Virus genome (UHGV): UHGV-0041117
Length of the DNA: 64,000 nucleotides
Direction: 5' to 3' (one strand)
Source: a virus
How positions within the stretch are numbered: position 1 is the first letter of the stretch; the number at the start of each line of letters is the position of its first letter. The notes below the pieces were generated by a model. It did no database searches and was not told the origin of the DNA. It saw nothing but the letters and a program-made list of their open reading frames with translations. Both the position numbers and the translations under genes were made by a program. Positions 63,761 through 64,000 of the stretch are shown one piece after another.

Positions 63761-64000
63761 CGAACGGAAAGACCGGACGCCACCTCAAAGGTGTTTTGAC
63801 ATAGGGCCTCGCAAGAGGCGCTGCTGCTGGCCTCACGGCAAAAGCTGGGAAATGCCCTAGGGCGCGTTCCTGCGGGAACACGCAAGGGAAGACCGGAAGA
63901 CGAAGGGGCATGATGGTAGCAGGCTGCGCGAAGGCTCCCCCCTGCCGAATGAGATTGCAGGATGATGCATAGGGAATCCGAAGGGAAGCGGGAAGGTGGT

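Noticed and set aside
1-64000. tRNA genes, integrase, CI/Cro-like repressor
   Set aside because: A visual scan found no T-loop-like GTTCRA motif in a cloverleaf context in noncoding regions, and no tyrosine/serine recombinase or XRE-type repressor ORFs. Absence is only to the limit of a by-eye scan.

Overview
The window is a dense, high-GC (~62-64%) tailed dsDNA phage or prophage-like genome with three transcription blocks and no integrase, repressor, tRNA or CRISPR array. (1) 1-19.2 kb, forward strand: a roughly 6.5 kb operon encoding a CobS-like MoxR-family AAA+ ATPase, three tandem paralogous small proteins, a DUF3150-like protein, a CobT-like vWA protein, a HicA-like RNase and a small partner. 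It is followed by a DNA replication and recombination module: family-A DNA polymerase, Cas4-like PD-(D/E)XK nuclease, VRR-NUC nuclease, SF2 helicase, an AlpA/excisionase-like HTH protein, a Gp157/Gam-like protein, a putative ssDNA-binding or annealing protein with a PAAPVAAP linker, and a primase-polymerase/helicase fusion. (2) 19.3-54.8 kb, reverse strand, convergent with block 1 at a strong terminator near 19.26 kb: packaging, head, internal virion, tail-fiber and lysis genes. These include terminase large subunit, portal, scaffold, capsid, two internal proteins above 1100 aa, a collagen-like fibre, three tail-fibre paralogs, a holin-like protein and an M15 endolysin. A 510-bp noncoding island at 35.4-35.9 kb carries opposite-strand promoter-like boxes and a bidirectional terminator. 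A low-GC (~47%) island at about 52.7-56.8 kb holds a forward-strand receptor-binding/tail-collar cassette with its own promoter and terminator. (3) 56.9-63.5 kb, reverse strand: an early-like cluster of small genes encoding a PadR-like regulator, a HExxH metallopeptidase-like protein, a DUF4406/nucleoside-deoxyribosyltransferase-like protein, dUTPase, a DEDDh exonuclease and small membrane peptides. The right 500 bp is a structured noncoding region with promoter-like boxes. The strongest candidate for an undescribed system is the phage-borne MoxR/CobS-vWA/CobT operon with three inserted paralogs, translationally coupled to a HicA-like RNase pair. Other notable signals are a putative ncRNA island at 35.4-35.9 kb, an in-frame TGA in a Gly/Cys-rich virion gene, a duplicated small hydrophobic peptide showing only synonymous divergence, and a recurring CAAGTGGGGG intergenic motif. 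Fine boundaries of hairpins and promoters are read by eye and approximate to within a few bases.
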